Shown: piece by piece, positions 11,885 to 21,825 of the stretch | Layout: each line of letters opens with the position of its first letter | Position numbering within the stretch: the stretch's first letter is position 1 | Origin: Ginkgo biloba | Lineage: Eukaryota > Plantae > Ginkgophyta | Assembly: GCA_024626585.2 (NCBI GenBank) | Contig: JANKJI020000002.1 | Coordinates: forward strand, 103,247,851-103,272,154 | DNA length: 24,304 bases | Reading direction: 5' to 3' | Notes under the pieces: generated by a model | Database searches by the model: none | What the model was told of the DNA's origin: nothing | Seen by the model: the letters and a program-made list of their open reading frames with translations, nothing else | Position numbers and translations under genes: made by a program

Positions 11885-12766
11885 ATAAAATATTTTGGTG
11901 GAAGGAGTATGGGGAGCCTTTATTGGAAGTATCATAAGCCCTTTTCTCATAACATGAAAATATTATTTTAAAATTTAGAGTTCTTATCCTGGTGAAAGGC
12001 TGATGAGCTACCTGGCCATGAAGGAAAATTTCATCTGCCCTAAAATATATGCAATTAAACAAATCAATATTTGTTAAACTTTAGAAAAGCATGCAATTTT
12101 TTTTCAACTATAAAATGATCAATTAAACCCACATCTTGAGTTCCATTAGTAACATTCATAATTCTCCCTCCCCAACTTTTGAGATTCAAAATCATAATAG
12201 TTTCTATTTGGAGAAGAAGACTGTTTTTCAAAGCAACGATGTTGAGAAAACTCAAAGACACTCCACTCATTTTCTTATGGAAATTCCCACTTTCCCATCA
12301 GTTTTTAATAGTCTTGTCTTATTATTTAGCACCCATTTATTGATTTCAAGATAAGTTGAGAAAATCATGGGATATCCTAAGATTAATATGGTGAACATCT
12401 TACGATGTTTGTGACATAAAATTAATTAATTTAAAAATATTAGAGAAAATAAATTATTAGATAGATAGATAGATAATAATTTTATTAACATCCTCAGAAG
12501 AAGATAGACACTATAGAGAAATCATACCTGAGAAAAATATGATGAAAGGTTATCTTGATAGGAACTAACGATCTAATACACTTCACCACAAACTGTTGTG
12601 GGCAAAGAAATAATTGGAGAGACTCTCCCAGCTGTGGAAATCTCATGGAGCTAGGTGGAATCCCTTGTGCTTTCTACCATCGTATGGCATGTTTCCTTTC
12701 TATGACAAAATGAACAATTGTTAATGGCAGTGTTGAAACTACTATAATCCATGCAATTGTTTCCAT
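11885..12766 (-). pseudogene. Inverted truncated P450 pseudogene, copy B (exon 1 12766-12570, exon 2 ~12408-12133, exon 3 12034-11885)
   Basis: Minus strand reads METIAWIIVVSTLPLTIVHFVIERKHAIRW*KAQGIPPSSMRFPQLGESLQ..., then a deleted exon 2 ending ...WGGRIMNVTNGTQD, a GT-AG intron at 12132-12035, a 150-nt exon MKFSFMAR*LISLSPG*EL*ILK*YFHVMRKGLMILPIKAPHT..., and a GTAATC donor at 11884. Confidence 0.9.
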
Positions 12767-13296
12767 GGATTTTACTCATTTGTACATTATAATCATATGT
12801 CTGATGCATAATGACATCTTCACCTAGGATAGTCCTTCCATGTATAGTCCACCACAACCACATGCATATATACAAATATTAGAATCTAGATAAGACACTT
12901 CCTTTAGTGTTCTACACTGCTTTATCATTGTCTCCAATGTTTATATATCTCTTTAATTAATAAAATCAATTTTCTATACTTTTTCCCCTTAATTCCTAAA
13001 TAGCCTCCATTTTCACTTTCCAAAATTTTGTGACTATCCCATAATATTTTGAGTTCACTCCCTAAATTGACTCTCTCATTACTAAAAATGGGGGTAATTC
13101 CCTTAAAATATATAAGAATAGAATGTATGAGTTATTGATAATATTCCCCTACTAAATCACCTCTAATACAGTTTTACCATATAATAAAACATTCAANNNN
13201 NNNNNNNNNNNNNNNNNNNNNNNNNNNNNNNNNNNNNNNNNNNNNNNNNNNNNNNNNNNNNNNNNNNNNNNNNNNNNNNNNNNNNNNNNNNNNNNN

Positions 13297-13740
13297 TGGG
13301 GTGCATAAATATAATCTCTTAAATATTTGATGATACCCCCAAATCACTCATCTTCATTGGATATGAGGATAAATGTATCATTAGAAAAATATGTATCAAC
13401 TATGAAAATGAGTCCTTGAGATATAGTATATTAAAAAAGAAGTTTAGTAAGGCTCATCCTTTTTTAAGATTTATGATGGATAAATTTAAGTTCAAATTCT
13501 TATAAAAGGATGATCTAACAATCAAAGTGTTTACATAAAATTTTCTTATCTATGAGCTACTTAGTAGAGTTGTTAGAAATCATTACCTTGGTGTGGGAGT
13601 GCATCATATAGTATTAGACTCACTTATTTACATGAATAATTTTAAGTCTTTGCTTGTCAATTTCTGGATACTTTAGTTCATACTCAACCAAATACTTATT
13701 AATGTAGTAGATAACTCTCTCAATGTGGGAAGCATCCTCT
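13297..13740 (-). mobile_element. Ty3/gypsy pol remnant (RNase H and linker toward integrase)
   Basis: Minus translation EYELKYPEIDKQRLKIIH...YYMMHSHTKV...*IILL*EFELKF...DE*FGGIIKYLRD resembles gypsy ExNYxxxEK...HY...WxxLLQEFDL...WYxDIxxYL. Confidence 0.72.
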
Positions 13741-13764
13741 TACATTAGAATAGAACTTATAAAC

Positions 13765-15738
13765 ATTTCAAAATAGGAGAAACATTTAACATAAGTCTTT
13801 TAGAACTATTCTAAATAAAAAGTTTGTATAATTCAAAAGTAAGATAAGTGTGCACATTATCTTACTTTTTGATAAATAAAATATAAAATTATCCTCGGAC
13901 CAAAAAGTTTTAATCCCTTTAAGACTTAACTCCTCTTAAGTGTAGGTCCATATGTTCTTTTCACTAGGTGCTTAGCTCACCTTAGCTCATCAAATACTAT
14001 TAGTGCTATAATTAACTCTTAAATTAATAGTATTATAAGAAATGAAAGTAACTCGTACTAACTCAAAAACATATATTTAACCAATGTATTGATTATTATT
14101 TAGTATATCACATCATACCCTTCTTAGTAGTGATTCATGCCTTGCATTGGTCTTGACATTGAGCCATCTTAATTAAATAAATAGTTTATTTAAGAGGGCC
14201 TATATATTGTCAATAATTTGAATTATTTAATTCAATATGTTTCCTCCTTAGACATGAAATCAAAAGTCAAAAGCTCAAACCCCATTATGAGTTGTGATCT
14301 CAACATTGAACATGGGTCACATTGAGGTTTTTACAAATCTCCTCAATGGTGTGGGGCCTATGTAGTTATCATATTTCCACGAGTTGTAGGAATCCTTATG
14401 ACCTCACATGTTGTTATAAAAGTTTTATGAAATGTATGTGAATAACTACAATCCTTAATCATGGGAAGCCAAGATTGATAGGGGTGATCTCCAATCTTAA
14501 TCCACCAAATGACAATATTAAGGCTAAATATCGATCTATAAGCTCCGAGTTGTGACTAATATACTTTCTTCCATAAAAAATTACATGTGACTTGAAGCAA
14601 TGAGTCTTGTACTTTGATAAATTCAAGTTTGCCTAATGAATGTTACGAAATCGAATACCAAACCGCCTCATACCTATTTAGCAAGTATGCAAGCAGAGGC
14701 AACCATACTAAGTAATTTCTGAAGATTACAAATATAGCTGTATTAAATCGAGGCGGCAATAATATAATATATCAAACACAAAGATGCCTTGGTCATAATA
14801 ATAAAATATAATAATAAGCACATGAAACGCGTATCGAGGGCTTCAATTACTGTGTAATTGTATCGATCCACCCTGCGAAGATTCGGGCAAACCTTCAAAA
14901 CACAATATTTGTTTGCTTACATCCAGTGGCCTAGTGGAAATCTGCCTATCAAACCAAGGCATTGCCAGATGAATTGAAAATAACGATCAGATGTAGCAAC
15001 CCTAAAGCCCTTGCCCTTGGTGATCAGATGTGGAAATCTGCGTATAAAGCCCTTGCCAGATAAATTGAAAATAAAAAATTATGGCAGAAACTGCATGGAT
15101 TGTAGTGGTTGCGACTCTGCTAGTGGTAGTCGCCCATTTTGTCATACAAAGGCAACACACCAGACGATGGCAGAAAGCATATGGGATTCCACCTGGCTCC
15201 ATGGGATTGCCATTGCTCGGAGAGTCTCTCCAGCACTTGCTTCAATGAGACAAGTTTGTGGATGATCGTCGGAAGTTGTAAGTGATTCCTTACAAGTATC
15301 GTATTATTTTCATAAGATGAGGTGGCTTTGAGATATAATTTTTTTTTCCCAATGTTTGAGTATAACTTGAGTAAATTGTTTCCAATATTTGTGAATTTCC
15401 AATGAATATGGCACAGGTAGGGAAATATGTTTAGTACGTCTCTGTTAGGACGTCCTACAGTCATCTGTACTGATCCAGAGGTCAACAAATTCGTGCTACA
15501 AAATGATCGCATGTTCGCTCCGCGATATCCACCTTCTGCTAAACAATTGATGGGAAAGTGGAACATGGCCTCAACGTGTGGCGAACACCACAAGAAACTG
15601 CGTGGAGTGGCTTTATGCTTTTTGAACGCCACTGCACTTAAAGATCGTCTTCTCGCCCGAATCGAAAATGTTATGATTTCCAAACTTCAAAGCTGGCCGG
15701 GAGGAAGAATTGTGAATGTTCTCGATGAAACTCAAGTA
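13765..15738 (+). repeat. Segmental direct duplication, copy 2 (partner ~8465-10381)
   Basis: Same colinear blocks as copy 1. This copy keeps many CpGs from ~14530 onward where copy 1 shows TG/CA. Confidence 0.92.
14930..15075 (+). promoter_or_regulatory. Putative proximal promoter/5' leader of P450 copy C with internal mosaic duplications
   Basis: gtggaaatctgc, gatcagatgt, aaagcccttgcc and ttgccagat(g/a)aattgaaaataa each occur twice. TATAAA at 15043-15048. Function is inferred from position only. Confidence 0.4.
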
Positions 15739-17348
15739 ATGACTTTATCTACCATGGCCCAAGAGCTTATTGGGTTTATGCTAGGGAATGAATTACAAAC
15801 TTTAAAACATGATTTTTATGTTTTCAAGAAGGGGTATGCTAATATCCCAATAAAGGATTTTGGTACTCTTTACAAAAACAACTTCAAGAAAAGGCAATAT
15901 ATAGTGAACCAGATCCAAAATATTATTGAAGACAAAAGAAAACTAATACATATCCNNNNNNNNNNNNNNNNNNNNNNNNNNNNNNNNNNNNNNNNNNNNN
16001 NNNNNNNNNNNNNNNNNNNNNNNNNNNNNNNNNNNNNNNNNNNNNNNNNNNNNNNNNNNNNNNNNNNNNNNNNNNNNNNNNNNNNNNNNNNNNNNNNNNN
16101 NNNNNNNNNNNNNNNNNNNNNNNNNNNNNNNNNNNNNNNNNNNNNNNNNNNNNNNNNNNNNNNNNNNNNNNNNNNNNNNNNNNNNNNNNNNNNNNNNNNN
16201 NNNNNNNNNNNNNNNNNNNNNNNNNNNNNNNNNNNNNNNNNNNNNNNNNNNNNNNNNNNNNNNNNNNNNNNNNNNNNNNNNNNNNNNNNNNNNNNNNNNN
16301 NNNNNNNNNNNNNNNNNNNNNNNNNNNNNNNNNNNNNNNNNNNNNNNNNNNNNNNNNNNNNNNNNNNNNNNNNNNNNNNNNNNNNNNNNNNNNNNNNNNN
16401 NNNNNNNNNNNNNNNNNNNNNNNNNNNNNNNNNNNNNNNNNNNNNNNNNNNNNNNNNNNNNNNNNNNNNNNNNNNNNNNNNNNNNNNNNNNNNNNNNNNN
16501 NNNNNNNNNNNNNCTAAAGGAAAAAGAAACCCAAGAGAGTAGCAAATTTTAGTTAACAACTGAACAAATCATGAATTTAATTTTGAATCTAAGTTTTGGT
16601 GGGTATGATACCACATCTAAGACTATGGCCTTTGTTGTGAAGTATCTATCAAAAAACCCATAAGTCATCTCAAAATTGAGGGTGGAACACAAAGCAATCA
16701 AACAAAATAAAAAGAAAAATGAATTGCTTTCATGGAAGAATTTTAAGTCAATGTGATTCACAAGAGATGTGATCAAAGAAACATTAAGATTATATCTGGG
16801 AATATCCACTAGATATTTTAGAGAAACTCTAGAAGGTGTAGAAATCAGAGGATATAAAATCCCTAAAGGATGGACATTCATAGTATGTGGAAGACCATGT
16901 GGCCTAAACAGCAGCAAGTACTATGAAGATCCTCTCAGCTTTAATCCACGGAGATGGCACGTATAATATTAATTGATGTATTATAGTAATTACATTGCCT
17001 CGGATTAACCATTGTATTGATGCGTGTCAAGTGATGTTGCAGCGAAGGGAGGTGATTCAAGCTCCCTTTACTCCATTCGGAGAAGGCATTCGGCTTTGCC
17101 CTGGATATGAGTTGGCGATGCTGCAAGTGTCGTTCTTCATCCATCATTTGGTCACAAAACTAAAGTAAGTCACAGCTAATGTCGAACTGATCTGAGGAAA
17201 GGCGCATTGGACATACCGGGAAGTGATTAATTTGTTGACTTAATGCAGGTGGGAGTTGATTGCTCCAGACGAAACCATAGCAGGTTGGTTAGGCTCTTTC
17301 AAGGTCGTCCTACCAAAGGATATCAAAATTCGAGCACAACATTTGTAA
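15081..17348 (+). pseudogene. Near full-length cytochrome P450 pseudogene, CYP85 clan (CYP720/CYP90/CYP724-like), copy C; exons 15081-15277, 15417-16960 (spans N gap 15956-16513), 17043-17164, 17249-17348
   Basis: Manual translation gives a TM anchor MAETAWIVVVATLLVVVAHFVI, Pro hinge IPPGSMGLPLLGESL, DPEVNKFVLQN, I-helix FGGYDTTS, K-helix ETLR, GYKIPKGW, FNPRRW, heme motif [10 protein letters not shown] and TAA at 17346-17348. GT-AG introns at 15278-15416, 16961-17042 and 17165-17248. In-frame stops: TGA 15246, TAG 15418, TAG 16550, TAA 16661, TGA 16754. Clan assignment is from recalled motifs and exon structure; the exact family is unresolved. Confidence 0.93.
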
Positions 17349-19086
17349 GCGACGAGTTCAACTTCATCGGCTAAGGTTGCTGTGTTTTCTTCGCATTCGA
17401 TGTCGTATATTTGGTTCTTCTAAAAGTCCAAAGTGGGACAATAAAGTACAGTTTTTTCTTCGTCAATTATTAGTATAAAGTGACGCTCCACTACCTTAGT
17501 TCTTTCCGAGGGTTGTTTTTATTAAACTTTTATTATATTTAAAAATAAATAAAATGTACTTCATCTGATAAGTAAAAGTTAAAAGCTTATTAGATCATCG
17601 CTCGTATCAATGCAAGTTAAACGGTTATTATATTATTAGTTTATGTATCAATGCATATTATTTTTAAAAATTATTAAAAAATAAANNNNNNNNNNNNNNN
17701 NNNNNNNNNNNNNNNNNNNNNNNNNNNNNNNNNNNNNNNNNNNNNNNNNNNNNNNNNNNNNNNNNNNNNNNNNNNNNNNNNNNNNTCTCGTAGTTGCTCT
17801 CTTTAGGGATGAAATCTTTGGAGGGTGTCACAAAGGGCAAATATTGACAACCATCTTAAGATTTAAAGGACCCATCAATTTATCCTCTAACTTGTAATTA
17901 TCCATGATATTTAGGAGATCTATCAACTAGGCAAAAATGCTAAACTGGGATGTTTTATTTTGGCTTCTTTATCAATATGATTAAATTATTTGACAAGAAT
18001 GTTATCTTGCAACTTTCACTTTCATCCTTAAAAATCATATAGTATGCCACAAAAACCTAGTTTTGCTCTATTCGTTAGTCCTACTTATTGTATGCAATAT
18101 AAATCTTTGTTAGTGTAATAAAGACATGATGTCTATTTTTAATCATTATCTTATTTTTAGTCTTTCCATTGATATAACAACTATTCTAAATTAAATGTAG
18201 ATTACTAGCGCTAACTTGTTGTGATATAATTTGATAGTCGAGATAGTAATTAAAGACCAAGTTCCATGATTGAGACTTCATTTTAGGCTCTTATAATGTG
18301 ACTCTCATGTTAAATGAAAGAAAAAAATTGACATTTCCTATGCTTAAAATATAAAGTCTTCAATTCAAATAAAAAAAGATGATCTAAGTAGTAAAAAGTT
18401 AATACATTCACTATCGTGAGATTTATTTTGAAGCTTCATGTGCTTCATTATGAAAGCCCTTTCTTATAATTATGACCACCACTAAAAGAAAAATACATCC
18501 ATCGTAATGATTAAAATTGATAATCCTCACAAAGTCATTCCAAGGCCCACTTTGCACTTGCTTTTGAAAAGAATTGAAATTATTTTCACTTTTTAATTTT
18601 TCTTCAAGGAGATCAATAAGAATTATAAATACAATTGATTTAGACCATATTGTGTTGATTCATTCTTAAAAGAAATCTTTAATAGAATGTTGTATAAAAT
18701 TACTCAAATTATTATGTCAATTTTATTTAATTTGTTGACAAATGAGAATCGACCCTTAGCCATACGAAAAAATGCAAAAATAAAACTATAACAATAAAAT
18801 TGCATTTAGTATATGAAGAGTGGACCAAGTGGTAAAGAGTCAATGATTTTATCAATATAACCAACGTTGATTTTACCATTATAACCAAGGTTTAAATCTT
18901 GGAGGTACATATATGACCTTTTTCTGCATTCCATATTTGTATAAAAAACCAAAAACAAATATTACATAAAATCAAGCTACATCAAANNNNNNNNNNNNNN
19001 NNNNNNNNNNNNNNNNNNNNNNNNNNNNNNNNNNNNNNNNNNNNNNNNNNNNNNNNNNNNNNNNNNNNNNNNNNNNNNNNNNNNNN

Positions 19087-19470
19087 CATTAAAAATAGCA
19101 TCGTTCCTTAATTTTGAGATAACCCACAAAATTCTAGCTCTAATTAGATTCCAAGTCTATATATATCCCTTATCTAATGTGTAAACATCCCCCAATAGTG
19201 TTGTTCCATTATAAAGGTTGAAATAATTACCTTTAGTAGGCCTAATCCAACCTATCTTTAATGGGAGAAATCTTGGTGCAACCTCAAAAAAGATATAAAG
19301 GGGATTCTTCATTAGCACAAAATGACTAATTACATCTAATGACAATTTTAGCTAGATGAGATCTAAGAAGAAGAGATTTTGTATAAGAAGATATAAGAAT
19401 AATGTAATTTTTCCTTCAATATTTAGTTTCCAAATTGGGCTTAATCAAAGTTCCCATGCATGTAATAGAT
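19087..19470 (-). mobile_element. Possible LINE 3' remnant (zf-RVT to RNase H junction)
   Basis: Minus translation AWEL*L...EGK followed by GWIRPTKGNYFNLYNG loosely resembles WxLWxxRN...FEG and WxxPxxGxxKxNxDG. Highly decayed. Confidence 0.35.
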
Positions 19471-19546
19471 CAAACCTTTTGTATTACTTGTTACATTGTC
19501 AACATATAAAAGAAACCATGTTGATGCCTTCCTAATAATGTAATTA

Positions 19547-19685
19547 TGAAATAAAAGTATTAGAAACCTAACTCATTCTACCAAAAATCTCCCAGACATT
19601 TGTGAATCTGCTAAATTACCCTGAAAATAAAAGTATAAAAAACCTAACTCATTCTACCTAAAAACGCCCAGACATTTGTGAATCT
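19547..19685. repeat. Direct repeat of ~63 bp, period 75 bp
   Basis: tgaaataaaagtat...aaacctaactcattctacc...cccagacatttgtgaatct at 19547-19609 and 19622-19685. Confidence 0.9.
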
Positions 19686-19769
19686 TCTCCCAGATCCATG
19701 TTGCTACCCAAATGCTCCATGTGACTTTGGTATAGGACACTAGCATGTTAGTATCTGAAAGACTCTATC

Positions 19770-20110
19770 CTTTGTCTTTGTGAATTAAGAGATTTAATTT
19801 GTTGACATAATGAGTTGTATGTTATTATTCTCCTTCCTCATATCCACTTATGATGGATAGTCTATAAAATTTATTATTTCATCCCTCAACACTCTTCTCC
19901 CTCTCTCGTAGGTTCTATAATTCCCAAAACAATCATTTCTCATGATCTGATAGAAAGAATTTTCTCTTGAGTTTGGTCACCATATTCTTCCAAGTGCTAA
20001 TCTTTTCCTTACCCATTTGTGTCCTTTTCTTTTTCAAGTACTCCCACCATAGAGAGAATGTACCTTTAACTTAGTACATGAAAACTTAACCCTCTTAAGG
20101 TCTTCCATCT
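19770..20110 (-). mobile_element. Ty3/gypsy Gag remnant (Retrotrans_gag-like)
   Basis: Minus translation with one frameshift: KRVKFSCTKLKVHS/LWWEYLKKKRTQMGKEKISTWKNMVTKLKRKFF...EL*NLREREKSVEG*NNKFYRL, a typical gypsy Gag pattern (LWW...IxTWxxM...NLRQxxxSVxEY). Confidence 0.82.
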
Positions 20111-20587
20111 CCTCCTAATCATTAAGAAAAGAACACTAAGAAAATATACACAAAAGAGGAGAGGAGTGCAAAAAATATGGTCAAAAGTAGAGGAGGAAGC
20201 ACTAATAGTTTAGAGACTGGAGTAATAAGGAAGAGGGTTTTAGAGTTGGATAATGAGAAGGAACTAAGAAGAATTAGTAAATCCTTAAATCCTAAATAGG
20301 TGAGGCAATGAGCACCTCATAGGCTAGAAGAGTTTGACACATTANNNNNNNNNNNNNNNNNNNNNNNNNNNNNNNNNNNNNNNNNNNNNNNNNNNNNNNN
20401 NNNNNNNNNNNNNNNNNNNNNNNNNNNNNNNNNNNNNNNNNNNNNNNNNNNNNNNNNNNNNNNNNNNNNNNNNNNNNNNNNNNNNNNNNNNNNNNNNNNN
20501 NNNNNNNNNNNNNNNNNNNNNNNNNNNNNNNNNNNNNNNNNNNNNNNNNNNNNNNNNNNNNNNNNNNNNNNNNNNNNNNNNNNNNNN

Positions 20588-21035
20588 AAATTATAATTTT
20601 GTCCATCAAAGAAGTGAGGTTCTCCAATGAAGCTTAAATTATCACATTAGTATCATTAACAAACTTCCCATATAGAATCTATTTCTAATATTTAGTATAA
20701 TAATTCCCTTAAGAGTGGACATATTTTGACTTTCTTGATAAAAATATCCTAAAGCATCCTCAGACATGGCATATAATAAAGGAGTAAGAGGGTATCCCTG
20801 ATGTATAAATATCTATAAACTAATTAGTTTAGATATAAACTTATTCACCATAATTTGAGATGAATTATTTGAAAAGAGGGTTCTTATCATTTAACAAAGA
20901 AATGGTTTGACTTGCAACTTTTATATTATAGACAAGATAAAATACCATTAGATTTTACTATAGGATTTTTTAAGATAAATATTAATGAACACAATAGACT
21001 ATCCAAACTCTCTAGCCCATTCAAAAACCACTATA
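20588..21035 (-). mobile_element. LINE (L1-like) reverse transcriptase remnant
   Basis: Minus translation EWAREFG*SIVFINIYLKKSYSKI*WYFI ... IHQGYPLTPLLYA ... LKGII ... KFVNDTN, a decayed version of LDFxKAYDRxEWxF / RQGCPLxPLL / QFADDT. Confidence 0.8.
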
Positions 21036-21409
21036 CATGATGAAAATAAAATTTAAGTGTTGGAAGTAAGGGCTTAATTCAAGATATCAAATCCCAAAAT
21101 GATCGTCTCTTCAAAGGTTTACAAGGTGGTTAGATTAAACATTGCACAATTGCATAACTAAAATAGGATATTTATAATAATATGGATGATCCAAGTATAA
21201 GTGAGGATGAGATCAATATAGCACGTGGGCATAATCATTTGGAAAGGGAATACACTTATATNNNNNNNNNNNNNNNNNNNNNNNNNNNNNNNNNNNNTTA
21301 TGTGCATTAAATGTTGATTACTATTAAAGAGTGTTCCATAACTTATACATCTATATAATTATAATATACTAAAATTATTATATATATTTCTATCAAAGTA
21401 TGCAAATTT

Positions 21410-21825
21410 CTATTAATGTGGCCATATGGATAATATTTAGAGTGGATAGAATGGATATAAAGAAGATGACCTTTGATTGTAGAGTTATAATTGACTTCTA
21501 ATAAATAATTCATGCAAGTTTAAAGGATAAAAACTTAATTGAAGGAAAATTATAATATCTTGGGAAAAAATAAGAAGTCATTGAGTTAAATTATAAATCA
21601 TATAAAGATTTAATTTAATGTAAGTTATTTAAGTCATTTGATATGATAATAGTCAAATAATATCCTTATAGTGGTTTATATTCTATATACACTATAAGGT
21701 TTCTTCATAAAAGTAAGGATCCATATGTTTTTCCATTACAATATGAGTAAGTGTTTTTCTACCCATATATTATATGGTATTTTTTTATTCACTATAATGT
21801 TAGAGAGAGAGACACCTTCTTAGGT
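21410..21825 (+). mobile_element. CACTA/En-Spm transposase C-terminal remnant (DUF4216-like)
   Basis: Plus translation KKMTFDCRV...YLGKK*EVIELNY...CKLF...SGLYSI...DPYVFPLQYE*VFFYP...W resembles TxDSGV...YxGxIxEIIELxY...FxCxWF...EPxVxxxQxxQVFY. It is followed by a decayed Asp-rich tract to ~22200. Confidence 0.68.

Noticed and set aside
12458-12476. (AGAT)n run in copy B intron 1
   Set aside because: Short ordinary microsatellite.
15427-16542. 371-aa ORF from the ORF track as an intact gene
   Set aside because: About half is N. The real start is upstream at 15081 and the post-gap P450 sequence is in another frame. It is part of the pseudogene.
15246-16756. Stops rescued by U-to-C RNA editing or an alternative genetic code
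   Set aside because: This is a nuclear spliceosomal gene. TAG 15418 replaces a conserved Tyr and cannot be restored by U-to-C editing. Methyl-C deamination explains the central stops and the surrounding CpG loss.
15081-17348. Copy C as an ordinary processed retrocopy
   Set aside because: It retains introns 1, 7 and 8 and ~1.3 kb of upstream DNA shared with copy A. No poly(A) tail or TSD was seen.
17786-18050. Gypsy integrase C-terminal-like KLEDKLMGPL on the minus strand
   Set aside because: A single short motif with no supporting integrase core.
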